NCBI GenBank assembly: GCA_041299015.1 | Contig: JBFYWB010000095.1 | Coordinates: forward strand, 12,275 to 76,274 | Direction: 5' to 3' | Source: Deltaproteobacteria bacterium | GTDB lineage: Bacteria; Desulfobacterota; Desulfobacteria; Desulfobacterales; SG8-13 | DNA length: 64,000 bases | In this document: positions 1-7,945 of the stretch, piece after piece | Layout of the letters: the number at the start of each line of letters is the position of its first letter | Numbering within the stretch: position 1 is the first letter of the stretch | The notes under the pieces: model-generated | What the model was told of the DNA's origin: nothing | The model's database searches: none | Seen by the model: only the letters and a program-made list of their open reading frames with translations | Made by a program: the position numbers and the translations under genes

Positions 1-991
1 TGATGCCGACAACCAGAAAAAGAGACGATTTATAAAGCGAATGAACGAGGAAAAAGGTCATCGCAGCAGTCAGTGCCGGGGCCGTTTTTCCACCCAGGAA
101 CATGGTAAGAATTCCGAGGGCCATTATCGTCGTGAACGCCAGAATTCGTTTCAGGTCCGACTGGGTCATGGCCTGCACCGACCCGATGAGTGCGGTGATA
201 CCGCCCACGATGACCAAGGTGGCCATCCAAGCGGGCGTAGATCCCAAAATCGGGTGCAGACGCGCCAGCAGGTATATGCCCGCCTTGACCATGGTGGCCG
301 AATGCAGGAAAGCGCTGATTGGTGTGGGAGCGCTCATGGCATTCGGCAGCCAGAAGTGAAATGGAAATTGAGCCGATTTCGTAAATGCACCGATAAAAAC
401 CAGTATGAGAATCGGGTGATACAGCGGGTGCTGCTGTATCTGATCGATATGCTGGGAAATTCCGGTGAGCGCATACGTGTCGCAGATGGTTTCCAGCAGC
501 AGAATCCCGATCAGAAGCGCCAAACCGCCCGCTCCGGTGACCAGCAGGGCCTGTCTTGCATTGGCCCGCGCCGTGTCCGCGCCGTGTTCGAAACCGATCA
601 GCAAATATGAAAAAAGAGTGGTCAGTTCCCAAAAAACAAATAATGCCATCAGGTTTTCAACAAGGACCAAGCCGAGCATCGCCAGCATAAATCCATGCAA
701 ATAAAAATAAAATCGCCCTGAATGGGGATGATCGCCCAGGTAGACAGCCGCGTACAGCCCGACGAAAAAACCGACACAACAAATCACAAGCGCAAACAGG
801 AGACTCAATCCGTCGATCAAAACCGACAAGTGAATGTCCAGACTGGGAACCCAATCGATTTGAAAATAGAAAACCTTGCCGGTGGCCACTTGCGGTAGGA
901 GATAGACCAAAGCGCAGAAAAACCCGAGTGGAATCAAGCTGGTCGTCAGTCCGATCCGAAAAGCGGGTGAGTGTCTGTCAACGTCGGTCAT
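1..991 (-). CDS. mrpA: Mrp/Mnh-type monovalent cation/H+ antiporter subunit A (NuoL/ND5-like), N-terminal part; 3' end runs off the window
   Basis: Not in the ORF track because there is no stop in the window. My minus-strand translation from ATG at 991 gives MTDVDRHSPAFRIGL...WVPSLDIHLSVLIDGLSLLFALV...FVFWELTTLFSYLLIGFEH...FTKSAQFPFHFWLPNAMSAPTPISAFLHSATMVKAGIYLLARL. This is the NuoL/MrpA proton-pump signature, with many TM helices. Confidence 0.7.
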   Translation of the reverse strand, partial: MTDVDRHSPAFRIGLTTSLIPLGFFCALVYLLPQVATGKVFYFQIDWVPSLDIHLSVLIDGLSLLFALVICCVGFFVGLYAAVYLGDHPHSGRFYFYLHGFMLAMLGLVLVENLMALFVFWELTTLFSYLLIGFEHGADTARANARQALLVTGAGGLALLIGILLLETICDTYALTGISQHIDQIQQHPLYHPILILVFIGAFTKSAQFPFHFWLPNAMSAPTPISAFLHSATMVKAGIYLLARLHPILGSTPAWMATLVIVGGITALIGSVQAMTQSDLKRILAFTTIMALGILTMFLGGKTAPALTAAMTFFLVHSLYKSSLFLVVGI

Positions 992-1148
992 CTATCGTGG
1001 CCTGTTATCTGCTGTGCCAGGCGGAGCGGGCGGTCAGCGTCGCAAATCGTATCGGGGGCCAAATCGCCGAGAAGGCACCGGGAACGTGGGCTGCGGATGC
1101 GGTGAACCGTGACGATGGGCCCGAATCGGCCCTGTCGGGGATAATCGA

Positions 1149-1892
1149 TTAATCCGTCTTTGGCCGTGTCCGCCACCGCATCGCTTCCTTTTTCAACACT
1201 TTTAATCCATACGGGCAGACCGCTGAGCAAATTCCGCAGTTATGCCCCTTGTGGTATTGAGAGTAGTGCTTCTTTTTCCATTGATCACATGCGCGTGCAT
1301 CCAAAATCGCCTCACGCGGCAATCCCGGATACCATGCAGCGCTTTTCAATGCCTTTGCCGGACAGGCAACAACGCAGCGGGTGCAATGGCCGCAATAGTG
1401 GCGATTCACCGGTGTGCCGCGGGGCAGCGTCATGTCGCTGAAAACCGTCCCCAGTCGAACCCACGGCCCGAACTTGCGGGTAATCAGCTGGCAATGACGG
1501 CCAATCCATCCTAAACCGGCTCTCGTGGCGGCTGTCTTATGAGGAAAATCCCCTCTGATGTGAACAATATCGGTGCGTTCCGAAGCGGCCAGGAAATGGG
1601 CCCGATGCCCTCTCTTGCGTATCTCGGCGGCCAGGCTCAGCGAAATTTCGTCGATTCTCGCGTTGACTCTAACGTAAGCGTCGGCATAGCCTCGATTCGG
1701 CCCCTGCTGGATGGTGACCATGACATGAGGATCCATGGCGATAGCCCAAGAAACGGCTAACGGATACCCCTGGCCGGTTTCATCCGCTGGGGTTGTGATG
1801 CCCTTTAGATCGGCAATGCCCCAGAGCTTTACGCCGCAGGCCTGCATCCATGCTGAAAGCCAGGCGGGGACAACAGGAGAACAACTCGTCAT
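1149..1892 (-). CDS. QueG-like / reductive-dehalogenase-like 4Fe-4S double-cluster protein
   Basis: 247-aa ORF. Core GWIGRHCQLITRKFGPWVRLG followed by two ferredoxin-type Cys motifs (CGHCTRCVVACP, CGICSAVCPYG). Confidence 0.6.
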   Translation of the reverse strand: MTSCSPVVPAWLSAWMQACGVKLWGIADLKGITTPADETGQGYPLAVSWAIAMDPHVMVTIQQGPNRGYADAYVRVNARIDEISLSLAAEIRKRGHRAHFLAASERTDIVHIRGDFPHKTAATRAGLGWIGRHCQLITRKFGPWVRLGTVFSDMTLPRGTPVNRHYCGHCTRCVVACPAKALKSAAWYPGLPREAILDARACDQWKKKHYSQYHKGHNCGICSAVCPYGLKVLKKEAMRWRTRPKTD

Positions 1893-2300
1893 CTTTGCGC
1901 ACCGCTGTTAGCGATAAAAGACAGGTCTCTTGCTCGCAACGATCCAAAAGGCCGAAGCCTCATTTTCTCTCTTAGCATTTTGGCTTTGAACCTTCAACAA
2001 GGAGATTCTCAGGGTTTATCGTCCTCGAAATGGCGGGGGAGGTCTTTTGTTCCTCGCTGGAACCAGAAATGAGGGCAAACGAATATCTTCAATATGTTAT
2101 TGTCCGAAATCAATGCGCCCCACAAAAGTGGGCGGCGCATCATCGTGCAGGTCCAGCAGAACCCCTTCGCCCGAGGAAACACCCCTGTCGTCAACGGCGG
2201 CAATGGTTACGAATTATGATTTCTTGACAACCGTGGAGGCAATGGCCACTCTGGCCCGTAATATAGAAAAAAACGCGCGCGTATTGGTGCCTACCAGCAT

Positions 2301-3356
2301 TTGGCCGGATTCATTACATCGGCTGTGAAGAGAGCGGAACCCGTGAACGACATCCTTCGACTCAACCCGAAGGGCCTTTATTGCAGCGCAGGTGACTTTT
2401 ACATCGATCCCTCGCAATCGGTCGAAAAAGCCGTCATCACCCATGCACACGCGGATCATGCCCGGTGGGGCAGCCGCCGCTATCTGTGCACCGCAGAGGG
2501 AAAAAGTGTTCTGCAATCGAGGATTGGGAGCGATGTCCCCATAGAGACGCTGGATTACGGGGAGGTCAAGGCCATCAACGGCGTCAGGCTTTCCCTGCAT
2601 CCGGCCGGGCACATCCTGGGATCGGCCCAGGTAAGAATCGAAAAAAATGGCCGGGTGTGGGTGGTATCCGGCGATTACAAGCTCGAGTCCGATCGGACCT
2701 GCAGCCCGCTGGAGCCGCTGCGCTGCCACGTGTTTATCAGCGAATCAACCTTCGGCCTGCCGATATTCCGGTGGCCGTCTGCGGAGGATGTCCTGGCGGA
2801 CATCCATTCCTGGTGGCAAACGAATCAGGAAGAAGGCCGCGCCAGCATCCTGTTCGCTTACGCGCTGGGAAAGGCCCAGCGGATTATCGCCGGCCTCGAT
2901 CCGGCCATCGGTCCGATTCTGACTCACGGCGCCGTCGAAAAATTCAATTCGTGTTACCGTGCGGCCGGTATCCCGCTGCCGCCGACCCGTTGCGCCGACG
3001 GACTCAAAGACCGAACCCTGCTGAAAAAAGCCCTGGTCATCGCGCCGCCGTCGGCCGACAATCCAAGTTGGCTGCGCAGGTTCCCTGACCGGGCCCGGGC
3101 GTTTGCCTCCGGCTGGATGCGCATCCGGGGCCAGCGCCGCCGCCGTTCGGTCGATCGGGGCTTCGTGATCTCGGATCATAGTGACTGGAATGGGCTGGTC
3201 CGGACCATCGCGGCCACCGCCGCGGAAAAAATCATCCTCACCCACGGGTATGCAGACGAACTGGCTCGCTGGCTGCAGGAAAACGGCCATCATACGGAAG
3301 TGCTCCCCACGGTATTTCGCGGTGAGAACGACGATGGAAGCGAAACGGACCCGTGA
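2301..3356 (+). CDS. ligase-associated DNA damage response exonuclease (metallo-beta-lactamase / beta-CASP fold)
   Basis: 351-aa ORF with MBL motif VITHAHADHAR and C-terminal VISDHSDW. N-terminus LNPKGLYCSAGDFYIDP is typical of this family. Start is uncertain: TTG 2301 in the track, while GTG 2343 gives VNDILRLNPKGLYC. Confidence 0.7.
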   Translation: MAGFITSAVKRAEPVNDILRLNPKGLYCSAGDFYIDPSQSVEKAVITHAHADHARWGSRRYLCTAEGKSVLQSRIGSDVPIETLDYGEVKAINGVRLSLHPAGHILGSAQVRIEKNGRVWVVSGDYKLESDRTCSPLEPLRCHVFISESTFGLPIFRWPSAEDVLADIHSWWQTNQEEGRASILFAYALGKAQRIIAGLDPAIGPILTHGAVEKFNSCYRAAGIPLPPTRCADGLKDRTLLKKALVIAPPSADNPSWLRRFPDRARAFASGWMRIRGQRRRRSVDRGFVISDHSDWNGLVRTIAATAAEKIILTHGYADELARWLQENGHHTEVLPTVFRGENDDGSETDP

Positions 3357-3409
3357 ACGCCTTTGCCGACTTGTATCGCCGCCTGGATGAAACCACCAGC
3401 ACCGTTTGA
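3353..3409 (+). pseudogene. 18-codon remnant of an ATP-dependent DNA ligase (N-terminus only)
   Basis: GTG at 3353 overlaps the exonuclease TGA (a GTGA coupling overlap). It reads VNAFADLYRRLDETTSTV-stop, matching the conserved M-x-AFA-x-LY-x-x-LD-x-TTST start of ligase-associated ATP-dependent ligases as I recall it. Confidence 0.5.
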
Positions 3410-3443
3410 TTTCCAGCGTTGCGGCTGACCTTGCGGCCGCTTC

Positions 3444-3820
3444 TCAATCAGCCTCATCTTCGACGTCACAGGCCTTTTTTCTCGAACAGGAAAAACAAGG
3501 CCAGCGTCTTTCTCCGAGGGCACCGATCGACGTGCCGGGCAGAAACCCATAAGCGCCCATCCGCCTCCGAACAGGGCTCCACCCAACAGCACGGCGCCGA
3601 GGTTCATCGATTTGTGGCTTAAGGCGATGATTCCTGTTTCGGTGAGTAAGGTTATCCCGACCATGCCGACGAGGATGGCCGATAGCATGAACTTGAGGAT
3701 CGTCATGTCCTCCAAGAGCATGGCGCCGACCTGTTTTTCGAAACGCAAAACACGTCCTTTTTGCAGCAGGAACCCAAAAAGTATTCCGGTGACGAGCCCA
3801 AACCACTGTTCACTGCTCAT
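3444..3820 (-). pseudogene. YeeE/YedE-family sulfur-compound transporter half-protein, frameshifted and 3'-truncated
   Basis: The first ~95 aa (MSSEQWFGLVTGILFGFLLQKG...LGGALFGGGWALMGFCP) are membrane-like. At the C-run near 3535-3540 the expected continuation PGTSIGALGE moves to another frame (track ORF 3444..3806). The in-frame tail is non-membrane and overlaps the exonuclease 3' end. The last TM helix is missing. Confidence 0.5.
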
Positions 3821-3930
3821 GATGCCCTCCTTCCATACACCAGGGCGGTGACAAGAATGCCGGCGATAAAAAACATTCCCAGGGCACCAAAGTGGTCGAT
3901 GCTCCCAAATAGTTGGTTTTGCCGAGCCAT
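3817..3930 (-). pseudogene. C-terminal remnant of the upstream YeeE/YedE partner gene
   Basis: 37-codon ORF MARQNQLFGSIDHFGALGMFFIAGILVTALVYGRRAS. Its TGA overlaps the ATG of the downstream YeeE gene (ATGA). It has a single TM helix. An in-frame stop lies about 80 nt further upstream, so there is no room for a full partner gene. Confidence 0.3.
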
Positions 3931-4039
3931 TTGGTGGTTGGAGTGGTTATATCCATTTTCCGACGCTTTTCTCGTCAGTCCGCTATTGCCCGCCAAAACT
4001 TCCGTCGTTCATTCGCCAGTTTGTTGGCGGATTTTATGG

Positions 4040-4900
4040 CTATTGGCTCAGGAACTTGTATAGTGATGCAAAATCTTTTCTTCCGAAACCACCCCGCTTC
4101 GCATTTGCATATAGTTCTTTGGCAAGGTTTGCCATCAACAGCGGTTGATTGTTCTCGTAAGCCGTTAAGGCAACCAGGTGCAGGTCCTTGTACATCAACT
4201 CCAGGGGAAATTGAGCCTCATAGTTATCCGCGCGGATCATTTCCGCTTTAGCTTTGGTAAAAGGAGCCGAAACCGGTAAATTAGGCAAGTTATCCAACAA
4301 ATAGTCCTTTGATAATCCAAGTTTTTCACCAAGCAGGATGGTTTCCGCAAATGCCGCCATGGATTGTGCGAGAAGCGAATTGACCAGCATTTTTAACGCA
4401 GCGCCCTTACCGATTCCGCCTACATGCACGATCTTATTGCCCATGTAACTCAAAAACGGCTCGATTTCTTTCAGGTCGCCAATTTCTCCCCCGACAAAGA
4501 AAACCAATTCGGCATTTTCGGCATGCGGCCTTGTCCCGGCAACGGGTGCATCCATAAACCTGATATGATGATTTTTTGCGGCAATGCTTTCTTTATGCGA
4601 AAAGGAAGGATTAACCGTCGAGCAATCGACCCATATGGCGTTATTCTTCATCTCGGAGATAAAACCGTTATCTGACAGTGCAATCTTTTCGACGACTTCC
4701 GGGGATGACAGCATGGTGAAAACGATATCGGCACCTTGCACTGCCTCTGAATATGATTTTGCCAAAGTCGCGCCGAATTTCTCAAGTTCTCGCATCGGTT
4801 CTGTGGAACGATTAAAGACATGGAGCGTGACGTTGTTGTTCAGGAGATTTTTTGCCATTCGACTCCCCATAATCCCTAATCCGATGAATGTAACCCTCAT
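4040..4900 (-). CDS. NAD(P)-dependent beta-hydroxyacid dehydrogenase (3-hydroxyisobutyrate dehydrogenase family)
   Basis: N-terminal Rossmann motif MRVTFIGLGIMGSRMAKNL, and family-typical GIGKGAALKMLVN. AAGGAG lies 5 nt upstream of ATG 4900; the track ORF starts 9 codons earlier. Strikingly AT-rich relative to its neighbours. Confidence 0.75.
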   Translation of the reverse strand: MRVTFIGLGIMGSRMAKNLLNNNVTLHVFNRSTEPMRELEKFGATLAKSYSEAVQGADIVFTMLSSPEVVEKIALSDNGFISEMKNNAIWVDCSTVNPSFSHKESIAAKNHHIRFMDAPVAGTRPHAENAELVFFVGGEIGDLKEIEPFLSYMGNKIVHVGGIGKGAALKMLVNSLLAQSMAAFAETILLGEKLGLSKDYLLDNLPNLPVSAPFTKAKAEMIRADNYEAQFPLELMYKDLHLVALTAYENNQPLLMANLAKELYANAKRGGFGRKDFASLYKFLSQ

Positions 4901-4958
4901 CTTGGCTCCTTTTGAAATTCGTGCCATAGAATAATATGCGCCGGGGATCTGACGGTTC

Positions 4959-5333
4959 TCATTTCAGCAAATCCTTCAGGCTGGCAAAAGGCTTGTTGCC
5001 GGAGCGCGGCGCTTGACCGCCGGCCGAAGTCGTTTGGTCATACCATTCAGCCACCTGATTGCGCGCATGTTCGTTGTCGTGGCAGTAGATGCACAGCAAC
5101 TCCCAGTTGCTGCCGTCCGGCGGGTTGTTGGCGTGGTTGTGATCCTTGTGATGGACCGTGAGTTCTCGAACTCTCTTGCCTGAAAATTCCCGCCCGCAGC
5201 GCGCGCAGATCCACGGAAACATCTTTAGCGCTCGCCCCCGATAGGTTTTCTCCTGCCGCTCTCGCTCGTGCCGAGCCTCGGCGATGATGTGATCCAGCCG
5301 GTCGGACCCAGTGCGCGTCTTCTTCGAAGGCAT
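4959..5333 (-). CDS. yajD: YajD-family HNH endonuclease
   Basis: Motifs ALKMFPWICARCGREF...LTVHHKDHNHANNPPDGSNWELLCIYCHDNEH. GGAGGG RBS precedes ATG 5333; the longer track ORF adds an implausible N-terminal extension. Confidence 0.75.
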   Translation of the reverse strand: MPSKKTRTGSDRLDHIIAEARHERERQEKTYRGRALKMFPWICARCGREFSGKRVRELTVHHKDHNHANNPPDGSNWELLCIYCHDNEHARNQVAEWYDQTTSAGGQAPRSGNKPFASLKDLLK

Positions 5334-5429
5334 GTGGCGACCCTCCCGTCGTTCGGTATTGATTAGAAGCCCTGCTATGATGACCCGATTCGAATTCAAT
5401 CGGTTCCAGAATCGTCTTTGTGGCGGCAA

Positions 5430-5615
5430 TCAGGTCCGGGGCACGACTGACCCTCTGGCCGCCCGATTTATGGCCGATCGATCCACGCTCACCCGACGGG
5501 CCATTTCGCTTCCGGAGATCGACAGGTTCCGATGGGCCGCACTGCCGATCTGTGCGCGAACCCGTGCGGTCCAAAACCGTTTGTCGGTAACACTTAACCA
5601 CATCACCATGTTCAT
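5430..5615 (-). CDS. small hypothetical protein with resolvase/LuxR-like HTH
   Basis: 61 codons starting 1-2 nt after the cupin stop. The segment ISGSEMARRVSVDRSAINRAARG resembles a helix-turn-helix. No other support. Confidence 0.3.
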   Translation of the reverse strand: MNMVMWLSVTDKRFWTARVRAQIGSAAHRNLSISGSEMARRVSVDRSAINRAARGSVVPRT

Positions 5616-5616
5616 T

Positions 5617-5949
5617 TCAATAGTGCACCGCCAGCCAGATCGTCTCGCCTGCGGGATCGGTCCACTCGACACGATGCTTCACATGCGCACCGATGTTCAG
5701 ATAATCGCCAGTCTTCAGGACCATAATATCACTTTCGTTCTCGAGCCTCAGGCCAGCACTCCCCTGCACGATCAAAATAAACTCATTGTTTTCCTGGTCG
5801 TACCAAAATCCTTCCGGCGAAGCATGCCCACGCGATACGATCCGCTCTATCCTCACATTGTCCGTCGAGCATAATGTGTCGAAGATTTCCTCCGGCAATT
5901 CGACCGGTATGCCCTCAAGTAGTGTCCCCTTCATCGTCAACTCGCCCAC
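5617..5949 (-). CDS. cupin domain protein
   Basis: 110-aa ORF. The pattern GFWYDQENNEFILIVQGSAGLRLE...GDYLNIGAHVKHRV is typical of a small cupin beta-barrel. Confidence 0.6.
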   Translation of the reverse strand: MGELTMKGTLLEGIPVELPEEIFDTLCSTDNVRIERIVSRGHASPEGFWYDQENNEFILIVQGSAGLRLENESDIMVLKTGDYLNIGAHVKHRVEWTDPAGETIWLAVHY

Positions 5950-6233
5950 TGAAGCACTTTTTTCACCTTGATTTTGTCTGCGCGCCCGACCTCACCTAAG
6001 GCCGTGCAAACCGCCGGAAGCCTCTTCAGAGAGGCCAGGGTCGCTTCGATCTGTTTTCTTGAATCATTTCGGCGTTTTCTCTGAAAATTTGAACCTTGAC
6101 CGGCTGCACCGTATTATGTAACGGGAGAAGACATCTTGCAACCCGGTTATCAGCCGAAATACCGGTACCGGCAGATAGCTGGAAGGCAGCCGCGGTACTT
6201 CCCGCCCAAAGCAAAATGATTCGTATTCCAGAA

Positions 6234-6308
6234 ATGGCCCGCGGGCCGCAGAAAGTCACGCTTTTTATCCAGTGCCTGGTCGACGGCCCCTATTCCGAAG
6301 TCGGCTAA
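6234..6308 (+). pseudogene. 24-codon stub resembling the N-terminus of a LutA-type (CCG-domain, Fe-S) oxidoreductase
   Basis: MARGPQKVTLFIQCLVDGPYSEVG-stop, compared with the recalled LutA start MKV-x-LFI-x-C-x-VD-x-x-YPEVG. I see no continuation in any frame. Confidence 0.3.
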
Positions 6309-6512
6309 AGCGTACCACGAACTCCCCGAAGAACCCGAACTGCGGCGCACGACGCACACGGTCCCCGCGAACTGCATCTGTACGTCATCACACCGCAAGA
6401 GGAAACTTCTTGACCCCGTTCACGCGCTTCGTTATCTCTATTGATCAGGAATCGACATTAAATAGCGACCCCGGTGTCGAGCCCCAGCCACTTTTTATTC
6501 GCGAGGCCGATC

Positions 6513-7736
6513 ATGCAAAAATTCAATCCCGAACAGGCCATGTGGAAGGCACGCCGCGAATTCGGTGAACACGGCGGCGTTACGCCATCGGTGTCCCGGT
6601 CATCGACGTTTACGGTCATGGACCCGCGCATCATGCCCGAAATCTTCGCGGGACTGCGGGGACCGGATAAAAACGGCTGTTTTCTTTACAGCCGCCATTT
6701 CAATCCCACCGTCGATGTCCTGGCCCGCTATCTTGCCGCCATGGAAGGTACCGAGGCCGCCGTCTGCACGGCCAGTGGCATGGCCGCCATTGCATGCACG
6801 CTGTTGCAGCTGTGCCGACACGGAGACCATATTGTTTCCAGTGACACGGTCTACGGCGGCACGCATGCCCTGCTCAGGGAACTGCTCCCTAATATGGGCA
6901 TCAACACAACCTTTGTGAATCCGACCGAGACGCAGTCTTTCGAAGCGGCGATCACAAAAAAAACGCGGGTCATCTATACTGAGGCCGTCGGCAATCCCAC
7001 TTTGAAAATCGCCGACATTCCGGCCCTGGCCGGCATAGCGAAAACATACGAACTGACCCTCGTGGTGGACAACACCTTCACGCCGATCATGATGTCACCA
7101 GCCCGGTTGGGCGCCGACATTGTCGTCCAATCGCTGACCAAATTCGTCAACGGCGCCGGTGACGCAATCGCCGGTGCGATTTGCGCTACCAAAGCGTTTG
7201 TGCATCAACTAATGGATTTGCATACCGGGCGCGTCATGCTACTGGGCCCGACCATGGATCCGCGTATCGCCTTCGACATCATTCAGCGGTTGCCGCATCT
7301 GGCCTTGCGCATGCGTGAACACGGCGCCCGGGCCATGATTATCGCCGCCAGGTTGGCCGAAATGGGGGTCAGCGTGACCTATCCCGGTCTGCCCTCCCAT
7401 CCTCAGTACCGGCTCATGAGCCGACTCATCAATGAGGGCTACGGTTACGGCGGCATACTGACCATCGACTGCGGCACCCGCAGAAGGGCCGAAGACCTGA
7501 TGGATGTTCTTCAGAACGAAGAACGTTTCGGATTTATCGCCGTATCACTCGGATTTTATGATACGTTGATGTCCTGTTCGAGTTCATCAACCTCATCGGA
7601 GGTCCCGCCCGAAGACCAGCAGAAAATCGGATTGTCGCCCGGACTCGTGCGGCTTTCGATCGGTTATACGGGTAGCCTGGCGGCGCGGTTGGAACAGATC
7701 GAGCGGGCGGTAAAAAAGGTCGGACTGGTTCAATAG
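6513..7736 (+). CDS. PLP-dependent Cys/Met-metabolism enzyme (methionine gamma-lyase / cystathionine gamma-synthase family)
   Basis: YSRHFNPTVDVLARYLAAMEG, SGMAAIA, and the Schiff-base lysine motif QSLTKFVNG. Start taken at MQKFNPEQ (6513). Confidence 0.7.
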   Translation: MQKFNPEQAMWKARREFGEHGGVTPSVSRSSTFTVMDPRIMPEIFAGLRGPDKNGCFLYSRHFNPTVDVLARYLAAMEGTEAAVCTASGMAAIACTLLQLCRHGDHIVSSDTVYGGTHALLRELLPNMGINTTFVNPTETQSFEAAITKKTRVIYTEAVGNPTLKIADIPALAGIAKTYELTLVVDNTFTPIMMSPARLGADIVVQSLTKFVNGAGDAIAGAICATKAFVHQLMDLHTGRVMLLGPTMDPRIAFDIIQRLPHLALRMREHGARAMIIAARLAEMGVSVTYPGLPSHPQYRLMSRLINEGYGYGGILTIDCGTRRRAEDLMDVLQNEERFGFIAVSLGFYDTLMSCSSSSTSSEVPPEDQQKIGLSPGLVRLSIGYTGSLAARLEQIERAVKKVGLVQ

Positions 7737-7945
7737 GGCGATGGGCGGCGGCGATCCCCGTTGTTTTTTGCAACGCCGCCCGAAGGGTTAGCGGGCCAGG
7801 TGGTCAACGTCCAGGAATAGCATCGGGTGCGGATCCAATTAACGTTGAGCAGAGAACGAAGCTTATGCAGTGTCTTTTCACAAATAGGTGATGGCACTGT
7901 TTCGCTCGCAGCAGAACAATCAACCAGCGCCGTATTCTGCACCAT

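Noticed and set aside
3290-3443. 3' tail of the 176-aa track ORF 3290..3820 (YeeE-like)
   Set aside because: After the frameshift site the in-frame sequence (ARRSVPSEKDAGLVFPVREKRP...) is hydrophilic and overlaps the exonuclease 3' end and the ligase stub. I treat it as read-through of a disrupted gene, not real coding sequence.
5950-6233. Part of the long non-coding gap, examined for a structured RNA (RNase P, 6S, tmRNA, riboswitch for the PLP enzyme)
   Set aside because: No conserved core motifs were seen (for example no GAGGAAAGUCC-type RNase P box and no tRNA-like end). Gene-fragment decay explains it better. A covariance-model scan would be needed for certainty.
7892-7906. TGGCAC-N5-CGCT upstream of the first sigma-54 activator gene, a possible sigma-54 promoter
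   Set aside because: The -12 GC dinucleotide is one position too close: the GG to GC spacing is 10 rather than 11. Sigma-54 promoters tolerate almost no spacing change. The -12 TTGC is also absent.
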